Source: Lingula anatina
Lineage: Eukaryota > Animalia > Brachiopoda
Length of the DNA: 64,000 nucleotides
Reading direction: 5' to 3'
Assembly: GCA_051362555.1 (NCBI GenBank)
Contig: CM120644.1
Coordinates: 19,738,534-19,802,533 of the forward strand
Notes under the pieces: generated by a model
The model's input: the letters and a program-made list of their open reading frames with translations, nothing else
Told to the model about the DNA's origin: nothing
Databases searched by the model: none
In this document: piece after piece, positions 51,051 through 63,694 of the stretch
Layout: every line of letters starts with the position of its first letter
Position numbering within the stretch: position 1 is the first letter of the stretch
Position numbers and translations under genes: made by a program

Positions 51051-53775
51051 ACTAACTTTTTGGATCGAAATGTACCATAGATCACAGCGATTGTCCCAAG
51101 AGAGGATTGAAGATTAATCCAGCGAACTTTGTAAGTATATTTTTTGGACTTTATTTGAAAAAAAAATACATTTGTCTTTTTTAGAAACCACTTTATTTTC
51201 CTATTAAATATAATTTTCAATGGAAATTAGTCTAAAAAAACATAGTTAAAACAAGTTTTGTCTTCCTTTAAATTTCTGTATACTGTCCTTCTAAAATTAA
51301 CAATAAAATTTTGAAATGCAGCTGTGGTGAGATTTGACACAAATGATTTTTTAAGATATTTAAGAAATAAGTGATTTTATAGTTCTTTAAAGTGCTATAT
51401 ATCAATAATTTTATGTGCCACTTTGAATAAATGGAAATTTGTTGAATCATAATATTTCAGGTGGTCCTACAGAGTGGACAAGAAGCAGAAGCAGGCAGGA
51501 CCTGCCTAGAAGGGATGGACCTTGTTCTATTTTTTATTTGGTTAGTAAAGTACAATATATGACTGCAATATCATGTTTGTTGTTGATAAACAGATTTAAG
51601 AATATTTCTGTTCAGTGACAGAACAGTCACTGAACAATTTCAGAAAAAGATAATTGTTACTGTTCTTACATGCCATTTACAATTTAAAGATATTTGCATA
51701 TGACTTCAAGTGTAACTCAAAACCTGTCTTTGAAGAATTAATTTAATTTAATTTAATAATAGATTCAATTTAATTGTCTATTGTATTTTTCAGCTGAGGA
51801 GACAGTAAAACCCACATCAAGTCAGACATGTCCTTGCAAGAATGGTGTCAAATGTAAGCCAGATCCAGAAACTGGTGGGCTGGTGTGTTTGTGCTTGAAT
51901 AGTAAGTATCTGGGTTAGAAAAACAATTATAATAAAGAAATTGAAAATGTTGTTGTAATTGAGACGAAAACGTGATTTGTGTCAGTAATCAAAAATCACA
52001 GCAAACACATGACGATTTTAATAGGAAGAGGAAATATAGTTGGTGCCAAGCTGATGATTTTACAAATCAAAAATACAATCATGGAGTTTGTGGAGATGAA
52101 GAAAACCAGGGTTTGCTGTTGTATACTGGATGTTTATCTTGTGAAATCTACCCAAGTTTATGAATTGATATAATTAAAGAAAACCAGGGTTTGCTGTTGT
52201 ATACTGGCTGTTTATCTTGTGAAATCTACCCAAGTTTATGAATTGATATAATTAAAGAAAACCAGGGTTGCTGTTGTATACTGGCTGTTTATCTTGTGAA
52301 ATCTAACCAAGTTTATGAATTGATATAATTAAAGAAAACCAGGGTTTGCTGTTGTATACTGGCTGTTTATCTTGTGAAATCTAACCAAGTTTATGAATTG
52401 ATATAATTAAAGAAAAATGCAGCATGGCTTGCCTACATCTGAAATGGCAGAGTTTTTGTTTTTAATTTATTTAAAGTCAATAATTTTTGTCACTCTGTAT
52501 TTGAATAAATTTTATCAAATTTCAGACTATTATGGGGAATACTGTAAAAAGGAGCCTTCACCATTCACTGGAGCTGATGCAAGTTCAAGTAAGGTAATAC
52601 TACATAGAATCCTTTTCAAGATCCTTTTTTTGAGTTTAAATTTGAAAAACTGTATTTGCTTTTGAATTAAAATTTGATTTTCTTGATTATATCTCTTAAT
52701 CATATTATATCTCAAGTAAAAAAGCAGTTTTAAAATTCATCAAAGGGTTACCTGGATGTGGGAGATGGTTTGTTTGCCCCACTTTACCTAGAGATATACT
52801 CTGGTTAGATTTTTAATAAAAAAATTTTCTCTACTCTACATGAATATAATTTGTTTAATAAAATTAACATTGGCTATCCTTGAGTTGTATCATCACACTA
52901 AGAAATATTCATACAATGGATGAAAAGATTTGAACTTTTTATTCTGTACTTAATATTTGCATATATTAAATGTATATTCTTCAAGAGGGGGGGGGATAGT
53001 CCTGATACCGTCCATATCTTAATCTGTAATGATATCAAACTATTCCCCTTCATATTGAAATAGTTGTTGCTATGCTTTCAGTATGAGCAAGGCCCTGCAT
53101 TCCAGTGGTGGGGGCGAGTTCAGACTGGGGCACCTGCAGGAACGGTGGCTTTCCATGGAGGAAATGTTGTGGCCATCAGTATGCCAGACTTTGTATATGA
53201 CAGCTCTGTGGCACAGAATTGGGTAAACATAGTCATATATTGTATAGAAATGTGGTCAGTAAAAGATTTTAGTGTTGAATTTGGATACTCAGTTGACAAA
53301 AAAGACAGAAGATTTGGAACTTTAAAATACTCATTATTTTGCATTTATAGTAGAAAATTGTGTTAAGCTTCATTTTTTATTTATTTATTTTTTTTTTGTT
53401 TATTTGTTTTTTACCAATTGCCCATGAAAGCATTTTATATTTATGCTTCGTAGCTGGAAGTTTTCTTTTTATTCATTGATTTAAAATGCTCATCCTTTTT
53501 CTCATAGGATGCAATGGAACCAGAGTACAACAAAACAGAATTTTGAAGACCACAACAAACCGACCAACTTCTCCAACCCAATGTATGGCAATATAACAGC
53601 ATTAGAACTTGTTAAACCTCCTAAAAAAGGACATGACCAGCCCCACTCACTCCAATGGGGTAGCAGACAACCAGTCATCAGAGATCACAGTCCATATACC
53701 ACATAAATAACTCTGTTCTTCAGATAGAAAAACAATTACGACACTGATGTTTTAGTCACTAATACAGATTTATGA
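51051..53775 (+). pseudogene. LRP2: LRP2/megalin-like 3' gene fragment (EGF exons and NPxY cytoplasmic tail), frameshifted, no transmembrane exon seen
   Basis: Exons 51794-51901 + 52526-52588 give EGF TCPCKNGVKC...CLCLNNYYGEYC. 53082-53222 gives GTVAFHGGNV. The exon from 53508 gives TNFSNPMY and a terminal DTDVLVTNTDL* in shifted frames. Weaker exons at 51051-51130 and 51461-51540. Confidence 0.6.
52099..52415 (+). repeat. 78-bp tandem repeat x4 (intronic)
   Basis: GAAAACCAGGG recurs at 52101, 52179, 52257 and 52334. Confidence 0.95.
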
Positions 53776-55054
53776 GACTAAAGATTTTTTTTACCATAAG
53801 AATTCTTGATGATCGTTCCAAGGCTTGGGAGGGAATACATCTCACAGCAAGCAGATTAGATGTTTGTAGTTATGATGAAACTTTATTATGAAGTGATACC
53901 GGGTATATCAAACCCATACAAAATATTTGTTCTTGTGAAACAACTCAATGGATTTAATGTGAAGATTCCATATGAAAACTTTACAGTTTGTTTTGATACA
54001 TTATCCTAGAAATACATCTTTTGATTTAAAGATGCTTGTGAAAGAGTATTTTTTTTTAGTACATTCATGTCAATATTATGTATGTTCTTCATTATTTCAC
54101 TGTAATAAAGGATGTTTTTCAAGAAAAAATGTGTGTTAAATTGTTTCTCTTTTTCTCTGATCTTTTTCTTTTCACTTAAATTTTAAGAAAGAAGACTAAA
54201 ATAATTTTTGTGAAAAAATGGAATAATATTAATAAGCAGATATTCCTATTTAAAATATACAAGTATATAAATTTTGATTACCTCCAAATTAATGGATTAT
54301 GATTTCTTGTATGAAATGCTTTGCTGAAGGATTGTCTGTATAATTAAATAGTTTTTTTGATGATAACAGACAACTGCCCATGTTTTTCATTTAAATTTCT
54401 GCTATGTGTCTGCTCTAATCAGTTTACCTCAAATGATATCCAAAACTTTTAAATATAATACTTATTTCATCATTTTTTATTTCTTCGTGTGATGAGCCCT
54501 CTTTTCCTTTTTAATAAATCTTTATATTTTTTTTTCAAATTCGCCTGCAGTACTTTTAAATGACCCCCAAACTGTCACTTGCTAAACGTCTTTCCATTTA
54601 CCAAAGAATCAAACTAGATCAGAATTTCAGCAACATTTTTTCATTATTTGTCATGTTTTTCTATTCATTCTTTGCTGAATTTTCTCACTTAAAAAAATCT
54701 AAAAGCTTTTCCTTAAAATTTCCACTGTAACTTCACTAACTAGCATTTATTTCAGACACAAGTACAATATTTTATCAGTGTTTGGCCATTTCTGCTCATT
54801 TTCATTTACTTCCTTCTTTTTTTTCTTTTCTTTTTTTTTTCGTTTTTGTATTTTTCGGTACGTCATGCTGATTGCCGCATAGTTTAAGACCAGGTTTACC
54901 AATTAGGGAGGAGGGTCGATCCCCAAAGTGCAATTTTGGTTGATTCTTTTTTTTTCTGGGAAACACTTTCCTGGTATTTCCGGCGTGCCCCCCCCCTTTT
55001 TTTTCCTACTGTTTTCGTATTTTTCTGTGCTCAAAGGTAACATGGCTGTTAATT

Positions 55055-56250
55055 GTAGGCCAAAACAAACCTTTTTTTACATTTTATTTTTCTAAAGAAT
55101 ATCAATAAAGGAATTTTAATGCACTTCTCTTGGTACTTTAGTTCTTAGTACAAGATCATTCTTTATAAATGCAGAACCAAGTTGATTATTAATATCTACC
55201 GGGGCTCTCGTCCAAAAGACCTACTCAGCCTTCCAGCTGTTACAAAATTCATCCGTAGGGCGATTCGAGCAATGATTTATAATGAGAAGGAAATTGTTTT
55301 ATTTCTTGGAGGAAATTACATTTGGTAGCTTCAAATCTATACTATTTTTATCAAATAAAAAAAAAATTGAAGATAGCTTAGATGATCAATATCACCGCTA
55401 TTTGAAATCTCTGATGTGGACATCACTTCCGGACAGCCTTATATTACCACAGGCAATCTAATTTGCATATAAGAGAAAAATGCATTCTTTTTCTGTTTTT
55501 GAGATGTATACAGTTTTTCTTTCATTTTCGTAAATAGCAAGTCCCACTACACTCATAAATTCCAATCATTTCATCGACATGCCCTGTTAATTAATTCATT
55601 TATATTAATTATAAAACTTCATATCACAGACGTGAATCACGTTATCACGTCCAAGTCATAACATTGTTAAACTAGCGCCAATAACTGCAGTGGAGAATGT
55701 AGGTCAATTGCCTGTACAATTCTCCCATATAGCATTATTGATTTTTTCTGGTGTGGAACATTTTAGGGAGAGACGGACGATAGAGAGAGGTATCCATTTG
55801 AACCGCAAAATAAAAAGAGAGAGCGGAGCTGTTATAATCAGAGTCTATTATGCTTTTTGAGAAGAGTGTAAAAATAGCCCACTTTTCCAGTTTCACTGTG
55901 TAGCACTTTGCAGATAACATGATAATTCTCTATGCCATCTGTCTCTCCCTAACAATTTGTTGATCACGTTAACTGTTCAACTCCCGACAGAAGATGAACC
56001 TGCCAACGATAGTTTTGATACACAGGTGTAGGAGCCGCACCCTGAACTTCAGATCTTAATAGCAATTAACCCTTGCCGTTTCAAGTAACTGGAAACGACA
56101 AGGGTATGCCATAGTGTAGATGTTTATTTCAAGTTATCTCTGAAGCTCAGGGTGAGGAGCCGGAATAGGGCGAGAGGGGAGGAGGGGGGGGGGGCTTAAC
56201 CCTTTCACAACCAACTGCGTCACCCCTGAGCAGTGGGGCGAATGTGTTCC
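55055..56250 (+). repeat. Dispersed repeat, copy 2, with secondary insertions
   Basis: Collinear with 7845-8580 except for ~55199-55690 and the 56038-56154 MITE. Confidence 0.85.
56038..56154. mobile_element. 117-bp MITE with 8-bp TSD
   Basis: TIR CACCCTGAACTTCAGA / TCTGAAGCTCAGGGTG. TSD AGGAGCCG at 56030-56037 and 56155-56162. Empty site at 8461-8468. Confidence 0.92.
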
Positions 56251-56478
56251 CTCAGCACTAACCAGTCAATTTATTTAAGAATCATTCACTGTTATTATTA
56301 TTAATAACTGAAAATGATTCCGAGTTTTTTATTTGAAAACTATTTAATGAAACGTAAACAGAACCATAGAAAATATCTGGTTGAAATTATTTTCCTATTT
56401 TTAAATATACGTTCACAAATGAAAACGAATAAAATCCAATAAAACATACATGTGTTTGCACTGACCGAGAACCTATCC

Positions 56479-56732
56479 AGTGGCAGATTTAGAGGGGGGG
56501 TCAAGGGGGTCCTGACCCCCCCTTCTTCGATTTCTGTTACCCTCTAGAAATTAGAATTTTGACTAGCTGAATCATGGTTCTAAACCATACCAAATGGCAC
56601 CTTTCGCCCTCTTAAATACCAATTTTTTTCAGGGCTCTTCATCGGGCCCCGAACCCCACGCCAAGTTGGGGGATGGGGGGTCGGCTTCGCATCCGCGGAC
56701 CCCCCCTTCAGATAATTCTGGATCCGCCCCTG
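56479..56732. mobile_element. GC-rich-ended hAT-like MITE, family copy
   Basis: Ends CAGTGGCAGAT / ATCCGCCCCTG with G/C-run subterminal motifs. No TSD recognisable. Confidence 0.55.
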
Positions 56733-57548
56733 CTAGCCAACTGATTTCCAATTTATTGGCATAGGGGCGGATCCAGATATTTTTTTTCTGACAGTCTTCT
56801 AAATTATCTTTGTTGATGCATCCTCTATTTTTGACCGTCTTCGGACAGAAAAAATTAGAGCGCATTCTCAACGAATTAAGCCAGGCTTTACAAAGCCGGT
56901 GACCTAAAAATGGCGGACGTACATGAAAGAAAAACCGCCTAATCTTTTAATAGTCTCTCCGCCTCCCCACACGTCGTCCCTGCGGGGTACAGTAATTAAA
57001 TCTCGGCTCCGTTCGCCATGCGGAAGCTACCTGAGAAATATTAAGTGCGCATGCTCATCAGTTAAACTCGTGGTGAAGAAGGCATGGCGGCTGAAGGCGA
57101 TCGAAGGAAAAAAGCTCTTCTTTTCTATTATCTTTGAAAACAGAGACGAAAAAGGAATAATTTTGCCCGTAGAGCAGCAATGAATCGACTATCTAAGGAG
57201 ATAATATCACCAGAGATATTCACGGAAATATTAATGTTCGGAGCCTATCCTTTGAAATTCCTCCTTCCCCCGCCCCCTCTTTCTACTACTACCATTCAAA
57301 CAAACCGCTTTCAGCTCTTTGTGTGTAGTGTGCGTCACAAGTTTTCACTTATTAAAATACATATTTGAAAATAACATAATGTAAATAACATGTTTTAAAA
57401 TATGGGAGAGCAAAAATTATACGGACCATGTTACTACAGTTACTGACAAGGCAACCAGATGATGTCGCTTGATGAGTGGATTGTTCCTTGTTATCAGCAA
57501 TTTTTGCTTGTTTCTTTGTCGGAGATAAAAAAACCGTTAAAACATTTT

Positions 57549-57619
57549 TGCATCGGCCGGGAATCGAACCCGGGCCGCCCGCGTGGCAGGCGAGCATTCT
57601 ACCACTGAACCACCGATGC
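57549..57619 (-). tRNA. trnG-GCC: tRNA-Gly (anticodon GCC)
   Basis: GCATCGGTGGTTCAGTGGTAGAATGCTCGCCTGCCACGCGGGCGGCCCGGGTTCGATTCCCGGCCGATGCA folds as a full cloverleaf; TTTT Pol III terminator just downstream. Confidence 0.98.
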
Positions 57620-58526
57620 TTGATACCTAATTCTCTCCCCTCCCCCCCCCCCCCCCACCCACCCCTCATCCCGCCTCTCCCCCCATTCCCTTCAAACCGC
57701 GGTGTTCAACGGTTGTCAAAAGCCTGGGTCCGGTTGGGCAACACTTTAAAGATATCACAAGATATTAAAGACTGAGTAACCAATGTTTCTTTTATTTTAA
57801 ATATCAATAAACATACTTATTTCCGTGGAATGCAGTGATTTACATAATCACAGGTAGTCGTATCTCTGCCATGGCCACTCATAGATGTGCGTGATGACAA
57901 TGATTACTGGCACAGGTATTCGTTTTACGCGTTCAGTGTATTTTGAACACGGAACATGTATAACATACGTCCTTTAAACAAAAGATGTCCTAAGAGGCAT
58001 TGTTTATTATTATTATTATTTTATTTTAATTTTTGAAACTACTGCCGACTTTTCCAACACTGTCCCTCTGGCGCAATTATTAATTTCTAAATTTGTGCTA
58101 TTTAAACGTTATTTAAACATGTCATTGCTCTGCCTGTCCTTGTATTAAGATTCGATGTTTAATATAAACCTTAATATTATAGTTTACCTCTAAATGAATG
58201 GCGAATGATTTACAACAACACTTTCCTGGCTAGTACATGTAGGCCTACATCCACAAATCGCATACTGTACCGGGCATGGCTTCGTTTTCCTTGTATAAGC
58301 CACAAGAAACTGGCATGTTTTTATTTTTATTTATTGATTTATTCATTCTTTTTATTAAATTTTTTTTCTGACGTGACTTTGCATGGCGTCAAAAACAAAC
58401 GATTATTTCTGGCTTCAAGTTGTGAGATGTCACGGCTACCTCCATGACTGAGAAGTTTAGAGGAATCCACTTGCAATCCATGAAAGTAAGGCTGGATTCC
58501 CCTCCCTAGATCGATCTAACAGGATC

Positions 58527-58715
58527 GGTTCATGTCCACGGGGTTTCTCGCTAAATTCCTTGCAGCTTAAGTGGCTTAGATGTCTGAGACCCCTACTGAA
58601 GCTGCTAAACGATAGTTAATGAATTAATCAGCTTCAGTGGGCGTGACAGACATCTAATTAAGCCGCTTAAGTTAATTGCAATTAAGCGAGAATCCCCTTG
58701 GAGATAGTTCGAACC
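58527..58715. repeat. Long imperfect inverted repeat (fold-back element)
   Basis: Nested pairs CTCGCT/AGCGAG, CTTAAGTGGCTTA/TAAGCCGCTTAAG, AGATGTCTG/CAGACATCT and ACTGAAGCTG/CAGCTTCAGT. Confidence 0.75.
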
Positions 58716-60459
58716 AAAGTTAGTACGATAGGGTCTGGTAATGGTCTCTAAGGTACCAGTATCAATAATTTCTATATTCATTATGTGTATTGTACAAGCT
58801 TTTGCCACCCACCCACTTTCCGGTAGCTTGATGTCCTCAGCCATTTTGGAGAAGGGATAAGTACATAGGCTATGTCAGGGACAGAAATCATGCAGGTCAG
58901 AGATCGCCAAGTCATGTTGAAGTAAACGGTTTCCTTTTTTTTAGGATTTTAGGAGCTTTACCCCGGCACTTGACAATAATTCCTTTGAAGCTGGCACTGC
59001 GGCGCATCTTTAGAATAAAGAAATAAAAAAATATAAGATATAGGCCTAATAATTTGTTCCTTATTGCTTTTTAGGGCCTACAAGGAGGTCACCTAATTTG
59101 TTATGTTTTTTTTTTTTTTTTTTTTTTAAGTCCATTTGTTCTCAGTTTTTCAAATATTCTGTGTTATTTTACATGTAACATGTAGCGGCCAGGGTGGTTT
59201 CTTTGCGGAGTGTTCACTCTTAATTTTTTTTTTTTTTTTTTTTTTTTTTTGCATCTTCAAAACAGGGCTTGGCAAAATTAATGAATAACAATGCAGTTCT
59301 TTAAAAAAATGCATAAATGAGCTCCGACGAAGCAGAAGCGCAAAAGTCCGCTGAAAGGCAGGTGCAAGGTAAAAACACAATCACGGTTGAGACACCGAGG
59401 CGTCCTTGGCTAACCTCGCGTCAGGTCCGATAATTTACGAGATTCAAAACGTGAATGGAGCCTCTCGTACTTGTTTTCTGCACTTGTCTCACCCAGTTAG
59501 TCTGCCAGCCGTGCCTGGTATGGGGTCCTGGGTTATTTTATAGCAGAAGATAGGACAGAACGCACGGCAAAAGCTTGGGTGTAGACGACAGTAGTCTAAC
59601 GTAAGTTTACGTGCTATTACTGTATTCTCTCTACACTTAGCCTAGGCCTAGATCTAACAGTGACAGCAATGTAGTAGGTATGTTACAAAAATTTTCAAAG
59701 TCCCCAAAACCTCCTAAAATCAAGACAGTCAGATGGACCATAAAAAAAGATGGATTTTGATACCAAAACCAAGTCTGTAGCCCACAAATTGACAAAGATA
59801 TTGCAAAAATAATCTTTCCAATTTGACGCATTTTTTCCTATTGGTTTAACATTATGAGTTGTGAAAAACTGTGATCATCAAAATTGAAGTGTTACACAAA
59901 AACGTCCATTGTTCCCCTAGAAATAAAGATAATTCAATGAAATTTTCAGGAGAAACAGCTTGAAGCATCCTGGATAGAGTACTGTATCTAAATCTGAAAT
60001 AGATGGAGAAAATCAATTAATTTATAAATTAATAAGCAATTAACCCCCCCCCCCCTCTACATTCCTTAGTCGGGTAATCAATTAAAAATTACTTGGATCT
60101 TCTCCCTTATACTTAATCCTAGTTAGGAAACACCTAAAATGAAAAGTGGGAGATAACACAAGCAGATTAATCAGAAATTGGTATGTTTTCATATAGCTAA
60201 TCAATATCAATCAAGTAATTAGTGATCAATAGGCGATCTGGAAAACTGATGACATTATCTTTGTGAACGAATGTTTTCCCACATGTCAGCTAAAAAAGAG
60301 GTATCAGTTAGCAAAATTAGATATTTGCCTCTATTCTATCTCCATGAGCAATGCCAGATCAGCATCATCTTGGCTCTGCTGCTGAAAGGAAAAAAAGACA
60401 TAATTCTAAGGGATATAAAAGTTCAAGACCCTTACCTTGTTAGTACTGTACATGCGTTT

Positions 60460-61654
60460 CTAATAGCTAGCTAAATCTAGTTCACCAAATAACAGGTCAA
60501 TGACTAATTCATATTTTGAAACATCATAGTCAGTTGCATTATCAGGTTCCTCAGACTGGTCCCAGTATGAAATCTTGTACTTGTTTTGTTTGTGTTTACT
60601 TTTGTACAGTTTTCTAATCAGTCCATAATACGGCCGCAGAGTACAATCTTCAGACCACACATGGCAAATTTTCCTGCCAACAACCTTTCCTTCAAGTATA
60701 GCAGTAATTTCCTCTTTCTTTGAGTAATCTAACTCTGGTTTTTCTAACTTAACAGCTTCCAATCCCGAGTTAGATAGCAAATTTTCCAATCTCTTTCTCT
60801 CCTTTTGGTCTTGGGCTTCCTGTTTCCTTTTCTGTCTTTGGATCATCTCAATCCTTAGTTCCTTCTGCGTTTTTTTCCTTTTATTCCTTTGCATCCTTCC
60901 ATAAGAAATTGCCTTCCTTATCACAGAATCTCTGTGTTCATCTGCCATACTGTCTAAATATGCGATCGTATTGTTTTTACATGCACGCATACGGGAAGAC
61001 AAGAAACAAACTGTAGCATTTGGTGACTTCTGCTTGGCTGAACTAAACATTCCCATCAACTCTTCAGCATCCATGTTGTGAGACCTGGCAGATTCCGTTT
61101 CTTCTCTAAGTTTTTCTGTAATATCCATTGTAAAATATTTCTTATACTGCCGTTCCAAAACTCTGATGATACCCTGGAGGCAACTTCCCATCATTTGACT
61201 GAAAAGGTGCATATCCCCTGACACAGACCTCAACTTGATGAGGGTATGGTCCCCAGTGACATCCCCACCCAAGAAATCTTTTTCTGATGTTAAAATACTT
61301 TCTGGGTTTTTCTGCATTTCTTTTATGGCCCCTAACACCCCTTGGACAACACTAATTCCATCCACATGATTAATTTCATTATCAGATGAGGTGTAAAACT
61401 TTTTCATCCAAGGGCCAGATAGATATTTTCCAATCAGGCCTAATACTTGCAGTTCCATTCGCGTAATATCATTTGAAAAATCCTCGAGAAGCTTCTCTCT
61501 TAGTCCATCAAGGGACGTCCCTAAGCAAAATAAAGTTTGCAGCAAAGTTGAAGCAACTAAAAGCAACTAAAAGACTGTGGCAGTGAGTTTGCAAAAAAAT
61601 AAAAAAAAAAAAAATAATGATAAAATAAATAAATAAATAAATAAAATAAATGAA

Positions 61655-61693
<39 letters not shown>

Positions 61694-63694
61694 ATGAATG
61701 AATAAATAAATAAACAAATAAATATAAAGCAAGCAAGCAATAAATAAGAAAAAAATAAAAAATAAAAAAAAAGTAATAATTTGCTACAAATTTGCAAGAA
61801 CATCTTAAGTTTGCCACAGGCCTGGTGTTTTGGTCAAGTACATACCTTTTTGGAGGTGTTCAGAAAAGGTGTCATGGTGTTCAGTCAATACTCCAGCAAT
61901 ATGAAAGAGAATGTGCAATCTGTTGCCCCTGTACCTAGGAAGAATGCCTCTGGGAAGATTTTTTTCATCAAGAAAGGACAGAAATGCCCGTGGGTCACCC
62001 TTACCATCCTTATATCGCAGCTTGTTAAATTGCAAGATACAATTTGCAGACATACAGTCTTTTCCAAAAAGCACCCCTTTAATGCCTTCAGCCTGTTCAA
62101 CATCTTTCAGTGCAGTCCTGCAGGATGTGGCTATGGAATCCAAAGGATGTAAATGGCAGTTTAACTCATTCAGAGACTTGTTCCACACACCACCCACTAT
62201 ACGAAGAGCTGCATGATTGGCAGCACACCTGTCACTCATTGAGTTGGTAATGTTATCAATGAGACTTTGCCTTGTCTCTTGGTAATCGCTCCCATCATTG
62301 AAATAAACATAAGTTTCTGCCATGCTGTCAACTGTCTGGCAAATGTGGCTGGCATAGTCTTCTGCTGTCCCACCAGCCAGTACATCAATTGCTGCAGAAA
62401 AACATTCTTTCTTAGTGGTAAAGTGAATGCTATTTATATGGGTTCCTTCCTGAGTTGTAGCGTCAAAACCCAGGGTGACATTTTCTTCTCTAAGAACCAT
62501 TTCAGAAGCCTGGAGTTCAGCAATTGCACCAAGTTCACGGGCCATTAATTCTACAGCACTTCTTTTGGGGGCAGGCTCTGGCTTTTGTCCTGGTTGTGTC
62601 CCTAACTCCTCCATGATGACAGGAATACTTGCAGTGGGGACTTTATTTACAATGCAGACAAATACTTTACGGCGGGCTGATGATGAATAAGTCTTTAGGT
62701 CTTGCTTATTACTGATAGTGGGATTTGCTTGCAGCTCATCTACCGTTTCTTGCAGCAGTAGATTTTCATGCTCAAGATTTATTATGGTTTCTTCCTTTTC
62801 TTTTAGTTTACTAAGTAGTTTTTTGTACTTATAAAGCGGAACAGTAGGAACACGCTTCTTTTTTTCTCTATATTTCAAAAGATTATAATGGGTGTTTTGG
62901 GCTTTGTGTAATTCTGCCTTTGTTTTTGCAAATTTAATATACATTTCATTTGAGTGTAGTTTTCTCTTCAAATCTCTGATGGTGGCATCTTTCTTCTTTA
63001 TTATCTCAATTTTTCTGCCAATAGCCTGGTTTATTACTCTCTTTGGTGTTTTCATTTTTTGTTTTAGTTCTTTGATGTCACCCTTCAACTTTTTCCTCAT
63101 TTCAGCACTTGAGGAAGTTAAAAATTTGAGCTGCTTCCGCATCCGAGCTTTTCTGGGGGTTAGTAGTTCAGTACTACTCCTGGTTGTAAATGATGTCGAT
63201 GGTTCACTGGGAAGGTTTTCAGGTGTGTCCTGTGCATGAGAACTTTGTCTGGTAATAAGCAAGTTATCTACAGTGCAGGGCACACTGTTATCATCTGGGT
63301 TGTTTCTAGCTACAGATGCCATTGCATGGTCAGAACTTGTGCTTGGATAGTCCATAGGATCAGTTAAAAGTTGGAAATGTTCATGGCATATACTGTGAAA
63401 GGTTTCAAACTCCTTTGGCTCAGTTAATTTTTTGAATTTATCCAATGTCTTTGAAACAATCCTTTTTATATCAGCATTTAAGGTATGAGTAAACGAATGG
63501 CCTACAAAATGTTCCTTGAGCTTCCTCTCAGTCTCTGCCCGGCTTTTGTTGGAGGTAACATATAGGTAAAGGACGTGTCCATTTCTCAGATCATCAGCTG
63601 TAGGAAGTGTTGAAAATTTATCCTGCAGCAGCATTCTTCCAGGGCCTGAAGGCCTTGGCGGTTCAGAGAGACTTCGCTTCTTTTTGGGGGGCAT
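60460..63694 (-). CDS. Intact two-exon DDE transposase (~969 aa; exons 63694-61846 and 61520-60460), hAT-like CxxH type
   Basis: Intron 61845-61521 (GTATGT...TTGCTTAG, phase 1) joins HLQK-G-TSLDGL. Motifs LGFDATT, MSDRCAAN, CHLH, GNR, HNMDAEELMG. N-terminal NLS-like MPPKKKR. Confidence 0.85.

Noticed and set aside
59530-59606. Possible first non-coding exon (TATA-like, GTAAGT donor at 59601)
   Set aside because: Only a donor-like motif; no downstream exon visible in the window.
61508-61817. Hydrophobic FIYL-repeat ORFs suggesting an inserted membrane protein or a broken transposase
   Set aside because: (TTTA)n microsatellite within the transposase intron.
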